From the NCBI RefSeq assembly GCF_000007185.1, contig NC_003551.1, positions 900,001 through 932,000 on the forward strand: a stretch of DNA of 32,000 nucleotides, read 5' to 3'. Each line of letters opens with the position of its first letter. Positions within the stretch are counted from its first letter, which is position 1. The position numbers and the translations under genes were made by a program. This document shows, piece after piece, positions 17,639 to 27,665 of the stretch. The notes beneath the pieces are model-generated. The model was given only the letters and a program-made list of their open reading frames with translations, was not told where the DNA came from and ran no database searches. This DNA comes from Methanopyrus kandleri AV19 (lineage in GTDB: Archaea; JAADCQ01; Methanopyri; Methanopyrales; Methanopyraceae).

Positions 17639-18091
17639 CTAGAGGCCTCGACGCACGCGGACCGCGACCCCGTGCTCGAAGTACTCGACCTCCCACCCCG
17701 AGAGCCTCATCTTGCCCACCGCCAGCAGCTCGTCGTCCTCCGAAACCACTAGGCACTCGTCCCCCGGTCGAAGCTCCTCCCAGCCTCGAAGGGCGTACTC
17801 GCAGAAGAGGTCGCGACCCCTCCTCACGGCCTCGACCCACTCGTCCGCACAGACCACGCGGTGCTCGGGAGGCTCCGTGGCGGCGTGTAAGCGTCGAGCT
17901 CCCTCCGGGGCCAGCGAGACCAGACCGTCCGAGGCCCTCACGGTGCACAACCTTTTCCCGTCCACGAACACCTCGCGCGGGCGACCTCGGCGTACTCGCA
18001 CCTTCACCTCGCCGTCGAGCATCGCGTCCGCGGCCTCACGCCCGAACTGGTACGCCAGGATCCCACGCACGATCTCCACGTAGCGGCTCAT
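17639..18091 (-). CDS. PUA domain-containing protein (ATG at 18091 likely; track start 18133)
   Basis: MSRYVEIVRGILAYQFG... with RPGDECLVVSEDDELLAVGKMRLSGWEVEYFEHGVAVRVRRGL typical of a PUA C-terminus. Confidence 0.8.
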   Translation of the reverse strand: MSRYVEIVRGILAYQFGREAADAMLDGEVKVRVRRGRPREVFVDGKRLCTVRASDGLVSLAPEGARRLHAATEPPEHRVVCADEWVEAVRRGRDLFCEYALRGWEELRPGDECLVVSEDDELLAVGKMRLSGWEVEYFEHGVAVRVRRGL

Positions 18092-18106
18092 GGGGGAACC
18101 CACCCG

Positions 18107-19444
18107 TTGGATCCGGACGTCCTCCTGAGGCACGCCGAGGAGATCTCCGACGCCTGTGTCGTTTACGCCCTCGAGGGAGAACTCGTCGAGATCGAGGCTT
18201 CCAACGGGGAACTCCGGAAGGCCGACTCCGACCGCGTCCGCACTTACGCCGTCCGTGTTCTCAAGGAAGGCTCGTGGGGAGTCGCCTCCGGTCCCGACCC
18301 CGAGCGGGATCTCGTTGAGCGGGCTCTGCGGTCCACCGGTGAGGGTTCCGCGGAGATCCCTGAGGAGGTCCCGGCCGCCGAGGGATCGTACCGGTGGGAA
18401 GGGAAGCTCTCTCCGCTCGACTCCCTCGACGAGGCCGCCGAGCTGGCGGTGGAGTTATCACGTGAGGTGTCGTACGACTGCGAGATCACGTACTCCGCCG
18501 GCTCCGTCCGGTACACGATCACATCCACCTGGGGATCCGAGTGCGAGGTCCGACTCGACTGCGTGAACTTCGGGGTTAAAGTCAGCGGTAAAGGGACCGC
18601 GGGTAGGGAGGAGTACACGGAGCGGGACGGGGCTAATTGCGCGGGTTTGGAGCTGTTCTTGGAGCGGGCGGAGGAGGTCAGGGACGAAGCGGTCCGGAGG
18701 CTCGAGGATTTGTTGGAGGCGGAACCCGGTCCGGAGCGTGCGGAGTCGGTGATCACGGACCCCGAACTCCTCGGCGTGATAGTCCACGAGGCCTTCGGAC
18801 ACGCCGTCGAAGGTGACCTCGTCGCGCGCGGAGAATCGGTGCTTCAGGATTGGGTTGGAGAGCGGGTTGCCTCCGAAATCGTGACCGTGGTGGACGACCC
18901 CACCGAGCGCGGTGCGTTCGGTTCTTACCCCTTCGACGACGAGGGAGTCGAGCCCAGGCGAACCGTCCTCGTGGAGGAAGGTGTGCTGCGAGGCTACCTC
19001 ACCGACCTGACCTCGGCCGCGGAACTCGACCTTGAGGTCACCGGAAACGGCCGTTTGGAATCGATCGGTGACCACGTGCAGGTCCGAATGAGCGTAACGT
19101 ACGTCGAGCCCGGGGACGCGTCGCGGGAAGAACTGTTCGAGGAGGCGGGTGACGGTGCCGTCTATCTCCTGGGATCGAAAGGAGGTCAGACCGATACGGC
19201 CACCGGGAACTTCCAGTTCTCCGCCAAGCTCGGGTACGTGGTGGAAGAGGGTGAACCATCGCGTCCCGTCCGCGACGTGGGTTTGACGGGTGAGACCTTG
19301 GAGTTCATGAAGAGAGTCCGGATGCTCTCTGACGAGCTCAGGCTCCATCCGGGGTACTGTGGCAAGGGCGGCCAGTTGGTGCCCGTGTCCGACGGTGGGC
19401 CACACGCGCTCGTGGACGGCCCCTTCCACCTTAGATCGGGGTGA
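18107..19444 (+). CDS. tldD: TldD family metalloprotease (TTG start)
   Basis: HExxxH motif VIVHEAFGHAVEGDLV, GERVASEIVTVVDDPT, GAFGSYPFDDEGVEPRRTVLVEEGVLRGYLTD. Confidence 0.93.
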   Translation: MDPDVLLRHAEEISDACVVYALEGELVEIEASNGELRKADSDRVRTYAVRVLKEGSWGVASGPDPERDLVERALRSTGEGSAEIPEEVPAAEGSYRWEGKLSPLDSLDEAAELAVELSREVSYDCEITYSAGSVRYTITSTWGSECEVRLDCVNFGVKVSGKGTAGREEYTERDGANCAGLELFLERAEEVRDEAVRRLEDLLEAEPGPERAESVITDPELLGVIVHEAFGHAVEGDLVARGESVLQDWVGERVASEIVTVVDDPTERGAFGSYPFDDEGVEPRRTVLVEEGVLRGYLTDLTSAAELDLEVTGNGRLESIGDHVQVRMSVTYVEPGDASREELFEEAGDGAVYLLGSKGGQTDTATGNFQFSAKLGYVVEEGEPSRPVRDVGLTGETLEFMKRVRMLSDELRLHPGYCGKGGQLVPVSDGGPHALVDGPFHLRSG

Positions 19445-20673
19445 TGGCGTTGGATGACCCGCTGTCCCAGTTCGAACCCGGCCGGGCGGTCCTCCTCGAG
19501 GTGGAGACCGAGCGGGTCGAAGTGGAACGCACCCACGACACGGGTGACCGCGGACGGGTCTCCGCCGATCGTACTATCGTCGTCCGCGTGTCGACCGATG
19601 GGGGACTCGGTGTGGCGACGGTGGCCGACCCCGGAGAAGTCGACACGGCGGTCGAGCGCGCACTCGCATCGGCCGAGATGGGGACATCCGAGCCCGTCGA
19701 GTATCCCGATTCCGTCGATCCCGCACGTGTGAGCTCGTGCGATCCTTCCGCGGTCGACGAGGACGAGTTGTGGGACCTCCTCGAGGCGGTCGTGAACGAG
19801 GTGTCTGACGACGTGACCATCACCTCGGTCTCGGTCACCGGTGTCCGTCGTCGTGTGATCTTCAGGACTCCTTCGGACCAGGCCGAGCGTGAGGAGTCTT
19901 CCGTCACCGTGAGTTTGGACGTCATAGGCGAGTTCTCCGGGTTCGCTTGGGATACCGCCGTCGGTCCACGGGACATCGATCCGGAGCTCCTCGCCCGAGA
20001 AGCCTCGGAGATGGCCTCCGAGGCACCGAAGGAGCGGGTAAGCGGTGGCGAGCTCGCCGTCGCCTTCCACCCACGGGCGTTCTCGGAACTCCTCACTTAC
20101 GTGCTGATACCGGCTCTCTCCGGGCTCGAGGTACTGAAAGGTACCAGCGGGTTCGATCGGGGGGATATCGGTCGTAAGGTCGGACCTGAGAGCCTGCGCG
20201 TCGTGAACGATCCGACACTCGACCGTCGGCCCGGTTCCTACGCATTCGACGACGAGGGTAGTACTCCGAAGCGTATGGAGCTGATCTCCGATGGAATCTT
20301 GCGGTCTTTCTACACCGACCTCTACTCTTCCAGGCGGCTGGGAATGGAGTCTACGGGGAGTGGATTGGGGATCAGGCGCCCGGAGCCGTCGCCAGCGAAT
20401 GTTATCGTCCAAGGTGACGCCTCCGAGGAGGAGGTCCTGGAAGAGGCGGACCTTATCGTATACAGGACACTCGGCGCACACACGGCGAGTAAGGTGAGCG
20501 GACGCTTCTCGGTGACCGCACTGTGGGCGGAGACCGTGGAAGGAAGGGCGGTGCCGGTATCGGTTCGGGGCAACCTGTACTCGTCCCTGAGGGACGCCTT
20601 GATATCCGAGGAGACCGAGCGCACGGGTGTCGTTGAACCACCGTACGCGCTGCTACGATGCCGGGTGGGGTGA
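19441..20673 (+). CDS. TldE/PmbA family protein, 4-bp overlap with tldD
   Basis: RRPGSYAFDDEGSTPKRMELISDGILRSFYTDLYSSRRLG; Gly/Val pattern of PmbA partner lacking HExxxH. Confidence 0.88.
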   Translation: MMALDDPLSQFEPGRAVLLEVETERVEVERTHDTGDRGRVSADRTIVVRVSTDGGLGVATVADPGEVDTAVERALASAEMGTSEPVEYPDSVDPARVSSCDPSAVDEDELWDLLEAVVNEVSDDVTITSVSVTGVRRRVIFRTPSDQAEREESSVTVSLDVIGEFSGFAWDTAVGPRDIDPELLAREASEMASEAPKERVSGGELAVAFHPRAFSELLTYVLIPALSGLEVLKGTSGFDRGDIGRKVGPESLRVVNDPTLDRRPGSYAFDDEGSTPKRMELISDGILRSFYTDLYSSRRLGMESTGSGLGIRRPEPSPANVIVQGDASEEEVLEEADLIVYRTLGAHTASKVSGRFSVTALWAETVEGRAVPVSVRGNLYSSLRDALISEETERTGVVEPPYALLRCRVG

Positions 20674-20821
20674 GTGATCACTGTCAATCTTGACGGTACC
20701 GTACGAAGAATCCAATTCACTTAACTACCGGAACCCCGCCAACAATTCTCCTATGCCTACCGCCGGTTACCGGCACCGGAATAGTAACTCCGCGGGGGTT
20801 TTAGTGACCGGGGGGGGGCGA

Positions 20822-21322
20822 ATGGGGACGTGTAGCCCGTACCGCGTGTACACCCTTCCGAAAGCCTTCGAGCGCTTTTATGAACCTCGGTGGGGGAAAT
20901 TCACTCGACGAAATGACCGGTGGTACTTCGGCACCCTTGAATTGGATCCGCTGACGGAAGACGATGTGGAGTTACGGGAAATAACCCTTATGGTCCCCAT
21001 CGCCGAGGCCAATTTGATCAGTAACCACAAGTTCCGGAACAGGAAGAGGGACGCGGCCTACGCCTCGTATCTGGTAGGGTCGTCATCGACGGATGTGGAC
21101 GACGTCATCCCGGTGACGGTCAGAATCCCGTGGCCCAAGGACGTGAAGGCGCCACGTGAGATGCCGTTGGTACCGGGGACGCTCACGCACCATCGCAGGT
21201 TCTGCTTCACGGTTCCTAACCCGCCGGAAACTAGGAAGCTTTCCGAGAAAACGCTCGTCACGGCGGCGCTGCTCAGGACGCTGTCACACGAGCTCGATCT
21301 GACGTCAGCCATCCGCTACTGA
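20822..21322 (+). CDS. hypothetical protein (ATG at 20822 likely; track ORF starts 20690)
   Basis: MGTCSPYRVYTLPKAFERFYEPRWGKFTRRNDRWYFGTLELDPLTEDDVELREITLMV..., 166 aa. No family recognised. Confidence 0.6.
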   Translation: MGTCSPYRVYTLPKAFERFYEPRWGKFTRRNDRWYFGTLELDPLTEDDVELREITLMVPIAEANLISNHKFRNRKRDAAYASYLVGSSSTDVDDVIPVTVRIPWPKDVKAPREMPLVPGTLTHHRRFCFTVPNPPETRKLSEKTLVTAALLRTLSHELDLTSAIRY

Positions 21323-21325
21323 TAA

Positions 21326-22747
21326 GTGCACGGCGGATCCGTCAACTCCAGGGTTCACCAGGTGGCGGACGTGAAAATAGGATTCGAGGTCCACGTGCAA
21401 CTCGACACCCGCACCAAACTCTTCTGTGACTGTCCCACGGACTACGAGGACGCGGAACCTAACGAGAACACGTGTCCCGTCTGCACCGGAATGCCCGGGG
21501 CGAAACCCCTCCCACCCAACGAGGAAGCCCTCCTGATAGCCCTCGAAATCGCGCATATGCTGGATTGCGAGCCCGTTCTGGATCGCCCGTTGTACTTCCA
21601 GCGGAAGCACTACGACTACCCTGACCTGCCCTCCGGGTACCAGCGTACCAGCGTGCCCATCGCGGTCAACGGCGAGCTCGACGGTGTTCGGATCCGCGAG
21701 ATTCACGTCGAGGAGGATCCGGGCCGTTGGGAGCCCTCCACCGGGCGCGTCGATTACAACCGGAGCGGCGTCCCGCTCATCGAGATCGTAACCGAGCCGG
21801 ACATGCGTTCCCCGGAGGAGGCTCGAGACTTCCTGCGTCGTCTCATGCAGGTCCTCCGGTACTCGGGTAAGGTGAAGGGTGACGGTGGCATCCGTGTAGA
21901 TGCCAACGTCTCGGTCGAAGGCGGGGCCAGGGTCGAGATCAAGAACATCAACTCGATCAAGGGCGTGTATCGGGCCCTCAGGTTCGAGATCCAGCGACAA
22001 CTCAACTTGATGAAACATGGGCGCGAGGTCCGCCGCGAGACCCGTGCCTTCCGTGAGGATCAAGGTACCACGGTCGCGATGCGTTCCAAGGAGACCGCGG
22101 AGGATTACAGGTACATCCCGGATCCGGACATACCGGTGTTCGAGATCACCGAAGACCTATGGGAGAAGGCCGTCGCACGGGCTCCGGAGCCACCGCACCA
22201 CCGTGCCAGGCGGATGGCGGAGGAGTACGGTATCTCGTTGGAGGCCGCCGAGGCCCTGGTCACGGAGCGTGAGTGGGCCGATTTCTTCGAAGAGGTAGTG
22301 GAGAAGGCCCCGGATGACTGGGACATCGAGTTCATCGACCAGTGGGTGCGTAAGGAGATCAAGAAGATACTCAACAAGAAGGAAATGACTTTCCGTGAAG
22401 CTAAGATAACCCCGGAAGAGTTCATCGAGCTGCTCGAGCTCGTTCGTGAGGACAAGATCACACGCCAGAACGCTCTCAACGCGCTGTGGGAAGCGGTCGA
22501 TTCAGACAAGAGCCCCGTTGAGATCATCGAGGAGAACGGACTGCTCAAAGTTAGCGATGAGGATCGGTTGGCGCGCGTCGTGGAGGAGGTCATCGAGGAG
22601 AACCCGCAGGCGGTGGAGGATTACAAATCGGGTAAGGAGGAAGCCATCCACTACCTGATGGGCCAGGTGATGCGCAAAACCAGGGGACAGGCCGACCCGG
22701 AGGTCACCATGCGACTCCTCAGGGAAAGGCTGGATTCCGACGGCTAA
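21326..22747 (+). CDS. gatB: Asp/Glu-tRNA(Asn/Gln) amidotransferase subunit B (start may be GTG 21362)
   Basis: KIGFEVHVQLDTRTKLFCDCPTDY, YQRKHYDYPDLPSGYQ-like segment, VDYNRSGVPLIEIVTEPD, C-terminal YqeY-like tail; length fits GatB, not GatE. Confidence 0.94.
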   Translation: MHGGSVNSRVHQVADVKIGFEVHVQLDTRTKLFCDCPTDYEDAEPNENTCPVCTGMPGAKPLPPNEEALLIALEIAHMLDCEPVLDRPLYFQRKHYDYPDLPSGYQRTSVPIAVNGELDGVRIREIHVEEDPGRWEPSTGRVDYNRSGVPLIEIVTEPDMRSPEEARDFLRRLMQVLRYSGKVKGDGGIRVDANVSVEGGARVEIKNINSIKGVYRALRFEIQRQLNLMKHGREVRRETRAFREDQGTTVAMRSKETAEDYRYIPDPDIPVFEITEDLWEKAVARAPEPPHHRARRMAEEYGISLEAAEALVTEREWADFFEEVVEKAPDDWDIEFIDQWVRKEIKKILNKKEMTFREAKITPEEFIELLELVREDKITRQNALNALWEAVDSDKSPVEIIEENGLLKVSDEDRLARVVEEVIEENPQAVEDYKSGKEEAIHYLMGQVMRKTRGQADPEVTMRLLRERLDSDG

Positions 22748-23442
22748 CGGCGTCCCTCACATCGGAACACCACGGTCGGGGTGTCCGGGAAAGATTCCGC
22801 TCTCACCTCCAGAAAGAGCCGACTGAGGGCTCGGTATATCCTATCCTGCCACCGCGGATCTCGACCCGCGAACACCGACGCCGTACCCTCGTCCTTCAGC
22901 TTCTCGGCTATCGTCCTTAGGAACTCGGGAGAGAACAGCCGTGGGTTGCGCCCAGGACACGGTCCCCCGTCGTGAACCACATGATCGAAACCTCTCGGGA
23001 GTTTCGGCACGACTTCCACGGCGTCGCCCAGTAGTATCTTGACCCTGTCGTCCCTGAGCGCTTCGGAGAACTCCGGGACCGGGTTCCGGTACAACGCGAT
23101 CGCGAGCATTCGAGGATCCACTTCCACCGAAACGATCAGTTCCGGGTCACCCCACCTCAACAGCGCCCAGGTGGTTCTGCCCAATCCCGTACCGATCTCC
23201 AGCACCATGCCTCGAGCCTGCTCGGGCCACGCGATCACGTACCCCTTGAGCCCCATTTTCCCGACCTCGAACCCCTCCTTCCCGTGGCCCAATCCTCCCG
23301 TCCGTTCCCTCACGTATCGGAACAGCTCCTCCTCATCCAACGACTCCGCCCACTCCCGGTACCGCGCGGCGGCCTCACGCGCTCTCCTGTCTTCACTGAG
23401 TAACCCGCGACCGATATTATCGACCACCTCTCCTACCCCCAT
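22744..23442 (-). CDS. SAM-dependent methyltransferase, spermidine-synthase-like fold
   Basis: VLEIGTGLGRTTWALLRWG, IVSVEVDPRMLAIA, VKILLGDAVEVVPKLP. Confidence 0.82.
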   Translation of the reverse strand: MGVGEVVDNIGRGLLSEDRRAREAAARYREWAESLDEEELFRYVRERTGGLGHGKEGFEVGKMGLKGYVIAWPEQARGMVLEIGTGLGRTTWALLRWGDPELIVSVEVDPRMLAIALYRNPVPEFSEALRDDRVKILLGDAVEVVPKLPRGFDHVVHDGGPCPGRNPRLFSPEFLRTIAEKLKDEGTASVFAGRDPRWQDRIYRALSRLFLEVRAESFPDTPTVVFRCEGRR

Positions 23443-23453
23443 GGGGACCGCTC

Positions 23454-23702
23454 TTGCCGGAAGACCCCCTTCGCGGCTACGAGCCTTCGGTGAGGGATTA
23501 CTTGGCCCGATGTGACACCGACGAGGAGGCGCTGGAGGTGCTCCAGTACCTGGTGAAGCGGGGTGAGCTGGACGAGGAGCGTGCGTCCGAACTCGAACGG
23601 GAAATCCGAGAAAAGGGAGTTAGATCGCTGGTGGAACGCAGGCACTTCGGCTATTACCTGGAGCGCTATTACGACCCGGAGGAACGAAGGTACCGCGGGT
23701 GA
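23454..23702 (+). CDS. small conserved-looking hypothetical protein
   Basis: 82-aa acidic/basic ORF packed directly upstream of the Memo gene. Confidence 0.6.
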   Translation: MPEDPLRGYEPSVRDYLARCDTDEEALEVLQYLVKRGELDEERASELEREIREKGVRSLVERRHFGYYLERYYDPEERRYRG

Positions 23703-23708
23703 GCCGAC

Positions 23709-24575
23709 GTGTCATCGGGGGCCGTGGAGCGATCCCCGGCCGTCGCGGGTCAGTTCTACCCCGCCGACCCGGAGGAGTTGAGGAAGATGATCGAGTGGTG
23801 CTTCCGACACGAGCTAGGACCCGGTGATCTACCCGAGACTAACGACGGTCCCTGTACCTTGCCCGGCGTGGTGGCGCCGCACGCCGGTTATCAGTTCTCG
23901 GGACCGGTGGCCGCCCATACGTACAAGGTTCTGGCGGAGTCAGGAACCCCCGAGACGGTGGTGATACTGGGACCGAATCACACCGGGCTTGGGTCCGCGG
24001 TCGCCACGATGACGGACGGTGCTTGGCGCACGCCGCTGGGATCGGTGGAGATCGACTCCGAGTTCGCGACCGCGCTGGTACGGAAGTGCGGCGTGATGGA
24101 CGACGACTTAACGGCCCACGCTAACGAGCACTCCATCGAAGTACAGCTGCCGTTCCTCCAGTACGTGTACGGGGAGAGTTTCCGGTTCGTTCCCGTCTGT
24201 ATGGCGATGCACGACCTTCAGACCGCGAGGGAAGTAGGTGAGGCGATCGTGGACGTGGCGGAGGAGCTGGATAGGAACACGGTGGTCATCGCGAGCACCG
24301 ACTTCACGCACTACGAGCCGCACGATCAGGCCCAGAAAAAGGATCGTAAGGTCATCGAACGGATCACGGCCCTCGACGAGGCCGGTATGATCGAGATCGT
24401 GGAGCGATACAACGTCAGTATGTGCGGCGTAGGACCGACCGCCGCGACCATAGTGGCGGTCAAGGCCATGGGTGCCTCCGAGGGGGAGCTCCTGAAGTAC
24501 GCGACCAGTGGAGACGTTTCCGGAGATTACTCTCAGGTGGTCGGTTACGCCGCTATCGTTTTCCGCCGCGGGTGA
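23709..24575 (+). CDS. amrB: Memo family / AmmeMemoRadiSam system protein B (GTG start)
   Basis: SPAVAGQFYPADPEELRKMI, VVAPHAGYQFSGPVAAHTYK, ILGPNHTGLGS, TVVIASTDFTHYEPHDQA, GVGPTAATIVAVKAMG. Confidence 0.95.
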   Translation: MSSGAVERSPAVAGQFYPADPEELRKMIEWCFRHELGPGDLPETNDGPCTLPGVVAPHAGYQFSGPVAAHTYKVLAESGTPETVVILGPNHTGLGSAVATMTDGAWRTPLGSVEIDSEFATALVRKCGVMDDDLTAHANEHSIEVQLPFLQYVYGESFRFVPVCMAMHDLQTAREVGEAIVDVAEELDRNTVVIASTDFTHYEPHDQAQKKDRKVIERITALDEAGMIEIVERYNVSMCGVGPTAATIVAVKAMGASEGELLKYATSGDVSGDYSQVVGYAAIVFRRG

Positions 24576-24581
24576 CGACGG

Positions 24582-25004
24582 ATGCACCCGATCGAGTCGT
24601 TGGATCTAGCGTTGACGGCGCTCATCGCGGGCTTGATCCTCACGTCGGAGGCGCTGCGCCTCTTCCCGTTCCTGTCGTACCTCGTCAGAGTGCCCCTGAG
24701 GCCTATAACCCTGGTACTCGCGCTGGCGGCCCTCGTACTCACATTCATCGCTCCCATCAAGGGGTACGTCCCGACGCTTCTGACTCTGCTGTGCTCCGTG
24801 CCGAAGCTCAGTATCGGAGGGTACCTCCTCAGCCGCGTGTGGTGGGTGGTCTCCGGCTTGCGTGATGGTCTGATAGGAGCGCTCCGGCTGTCCTTAGAGA
24901 TCCGGACTCTACCCTTCGACCTGTCGGTAGGCTGTGCACTGACGGCCAGCGGGGTACTAGGGGTCCTCCGGTGGATGACCTCCGTTCCGGCGGTGCCGTG
25001 GTGA
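24582..25004 (+). CDS. hypothetical membrane protein
   Basis: Hydrophobic helices LALTALIAGLILTSEALRLF and PLRPITLVLALAALVLTFIAPI. Confidence 0.6.
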   Translation: MHPIESLDLALTALIAGLILTSEALRLFPFLSYLVRVPLRPITLVLALAALVLTFIAPIKGYVPTLLTLLCSVPKLSIGGYLLSRVWWVVSGLRDGLIGALRLSLEIRTLPFDLSVGCALTASGVLGVLRWMTSVPAVPW

Positions 25005-25020
25005 CGGGGGCGGGAATTCC

Positions 25021-26991
25021 GTGGAGATGGAGCGTGAGTTCGAAGAGGCTCTCAGGAACTCGAAAACGTTCCTGAGGTCGATCGACCGGGTGATCACGGA
25101 CTACCCGAAGTGGCGAACCGTCGTCGTGGACTTGGAGGAGTTCGACGAACCGGACATAGCGTTCGCGGTGTCCGACGACGTCGTCGAGGCGATGAAGGTC
25201 GTCCAGCGGGTTGCCATGGAGCTCATCAAGAAAGAGCGGCCGGACGTGGATCGTGTCTGGGTAGAGTTCCGTGGGTCACCGATCCGTCTCCGTGCCCGGG
25301 ATATGAGCGTCGAGTTCAAGGATCGTCTCGTCACCGTCGAGGGGATCGTTCGTCGCGTGGATAACGTGGCCGCCGAGGTAGTTCGCGTGGAAGCCGAGTG
25401 TCCGCAGTGCGGTAATCGGTTCGAGGTCCGTAGGCGCGAGTACAGACCTGACGTGAGGTGTCCCAACTGCGGGATGCGGTGCGAGCCCGACGAGCTCTTC
25501 TACACCGACTATCAGCTCGTAGTGCTCCAAGAAGCTCCAGAGCACGTGAGAGGCGGTGAACAACCGGCGACAGTCGAGGTGGAGTTCCGGTACGATCACA
25601 TCAACCGGGTACGGCCCGGTGACCGGGTGAGGGTTACGGCGGTACCTCGGGTACGACTTCCGTCGAGTTCTCCACGACCGGGTGATACCGGGGAGATAGT
25701 CCTCGAGGCCCACGGTGTCGAGAGGTCCGACAGCCCGCTTCCCGAGGAGGACCTCCGGTTCACGCAGGATGAGGTCGAACGGTTCGAGGAACTGGCCGAG
25801 GGTGATCCATTAGGTGAGTTCGTCGAAGCGGTGGCGCCCCACATTCACGGGCACGAGGTGATCAAGAAGGCCGTGTCGTTACAGCTGTTCTCCTGCGTGG
25901 AGGAGGGTCAGATACGGGAGCGTGTTCACGTTCTCATCGTAGGTGATCCGGCGACGGCGAAGTCCCAGATCCTCCAGCACGTGATCGAGCACCTCGCCCC
26001 CCGCGGCGTGTACGTGAGCGCCCAACACGTGACGGGGGCCGGACTCACCGCGGCCGCCGAACGTACGGAGGACGGGTGGACGCTGGAAGCGGGAGCCGTG
26101 GTCATGGCGGACGGCGGCGTGATAGCCATCGACGAGCTGGACAAGGCGTCCAGGGGCGATCTGAACGCGCTCCTCGAGGCGATGGAGTCGGGTAAGATCA
26201 GCGTCGCGAAGGCCGGTATCACGACGACCCTGAACGCCCGATGCGCGGTCCTGGCGGCCGCCAACCCCGAGGCCGGCCGCTGGCAGGGCGGTCACCCCAT
26301 CGAGGAGATCAACCTGGACCCCGCCCTCCTCTCGAGGTTCGACGTCATCCTGTTCACCCGAGACGAGCCGGATCCGGAGCAGGATAAGCTGGTCGCGGAA
26401 CGGATGATGGAGGCTTTCGACGGCGAGTTCGATGAGATCGAGGGTAAGTACGAGCTGTTACGCCGCTACGTCCTGTACGCTACGAAGGAGTTTCCGAACG
26501 TCACCATCTCCGAAGACGCCCGGGAGGAGCTTCGAGACTGGTTCGTGTCCGCCCGACAGGAGGCGGCTGATCGGATCGACGAGGGAGATCTACGCACCGT
26601 GCCGGTCACACGGCGTCAGATGGGCTCCGTTCTGCGACTAGCCCGAGCTTCCGCCCGTATGCGACTCTCTGAGACAGTCGGTCGAGGGGACGTGTCCGTA
26701 GCTCTGTCGGTAGTAGAAGAGTTCATGAAGGAGGTAATGCAGGAGGACGGCGTACTGGACGCGGACGTGATCGAGACGGGTAAACCCAAGTCGGTGCGAG
26801 AGGTCCGTGAGTACGTGCTGAAGGTGGTGCGGAAGCTGGCGAAGAAGCACGAGGACGGTGTACCCAAGCGGGAGATCGTGAAGGCGGTTAAACACCGCGT
26901 GAGCCGTGAGCGGGTCGAGGAGATCCTGGACGACCTCGTCGAGGAGGGCTCCCTTCTCCAGCCGCGGCCCGGAGTGTACCTCCCGATGTGA
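25021..26991 (+). CDS. mcm: Minichromosome maintenance (MCM) replicative helicase
   Basis: Zn motif CPQCGNRF...CPNCGMRC, Walker A VGDPATAKSQ, DELDKAS, RFDVILFTRDEPDPEQD, C-terminal winged helix; no intein seen. Confidence 0.97.
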   Translation: MEMEREFEEALRNSKTFLRSIDRVITDYPKWRTVVVDLEEFDEPDIAFAVSDDVVEAMKVVQRVAMELIKKERPDVDRVWVEFRGSPIRLRARDMSVEFKDRLVTVEGIVRRVDNVAAEVVRVEAECPQCGNRFEVRRREYRPDVRCPNCGMRCEPDELFYTDYQLVVLQEAPEHVRGGEQPATVEVEFRYDHINRVRPGDRVRVTAVPRVRLPSSSPRPGDTGEIVLEAHGVERSDSPLPEEDLRFTQDEVERFEELAEGDPLGEFVEAVAPHIHGHEVIKKAVSLQLFSCVEEGQIRERVHVLIVGDPATAKSQILQHVIEHLAPRGVYVSAQHVTGAGLTAAAERTEDGWTLEAGAVVMADGGVIAIDELDKASRGDLNALLEAMESGKISVAKAGITTTLNARCAVLAAANPEAGRWQGGHPIEEINLDPALLSRFDVILFTRDEPDPEQDKLVAERMMEAFDGEFDEIEGKYELLRRYVLYATKEFPNVTISEDAREELRDWFVSARQEAADRIDEGDLRTVPVTRRQMGSVLRLARASARMRLSETVGRGDVSVALSVVEEFMKEVMQEDGVLDADVIETGKPKSVREVREYVLKVVRKLAKKHEDGVPKREIVKAVKHRVSRERVEEILDDLVEEGSLLQPRPGVYLPM

Positions 26992-27662
26992 ACGGGTGGT
27001 TGAACATGAGTGAAGAACTCTCTCGCAGGTATCCTGCCGTCCGTGTCCCGGCCGGCGAACTGGCGCATTCCGAACCCACGGAGGATGGTTTCGTCACGCC
27101 TAGAGGTGTCAGGTTTCACAGGGCTCTGGTAGTCGGGGTGCTCTCGGGACGGTACGTGGACGAGGAGCGGGAGTTCGCAGTGATCACGGTCACCGACGAC
27201 ACGGGTTCCGTCGACGTGTTCGCGTTCGATGAATGCTACGAGCCCGCCCGGACGCTCGATAAGTGGAGGCAGATCAAGGTGATCGGTCGTCCGATGGAGC
27301 CACGTGAAGAGGGTCGTCCCGTGGCGCTCAGGGCCGAGGTAATCCGCCTTACGTCGTACTCCGAGGAGCTCTTCCGCAGGTTGGAGTACGAGCTGATGGC
27401 CGGGGGCGAGGTACCTACCGTCGAAAAACCCCCGACGCTCGACGAGGCGATCGAGATGGTGTATAAGGAACTGCTCGAGAGGGAGGAGGAAACGTTCTCG
27501 AGGGAGGAACTGTACGAGGTCATCCGCTCCGTCGTCCCCCTCGCGGACGAGGAGTTCTGCGAGAAGATCATTAAAGAGATGGAGGAGCGCGAGCTCCTGT
27601 ACCCGATGGATCTGCCCGGAGGGAAACGTTGGTCCGTGATAGAAACCGGCTGGGGGTTGTAA
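26988..27662 (+). CDS. RPA32-like OB-fold protein with C-terminal helical/winged-helix region
   Basis: VVGVLSGRYVDEEREFAVITVTDDTGSVDVFAFDE...IKVIGRP...ALRAEVIRL; overlaps mcm. Confidence 0.75.
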   Translation: MNGWLNMSEELSRRYPAVRVPAGELAHSEPTEDGFVTPRGVRFHRALVVGVLSGRYVDEEREFAVITVTDDTGSVDVFAFDECYEPARTLDKWRQIKVIGRPMEPREEGRPVALRAEVIRLTSYSEELFRRLEYELMAGGEVPTVEKPPTLDEAIEMVYKELLEREEETFSREELYEVIRSVVPLADEEFCEKIIKEMEERELLYPMDLPGGKRWSVIETGWGL

Positions 27663-27665
27663 ACC

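Noticed and set aside
19186-20481. 431-aa antisense ORF opposite tldD/tldE
   Set aside because: Composition is Arg/Pro/Ser-rich shadow of a strongly biased GC-rich gene; both sense genes have clear family motifs.
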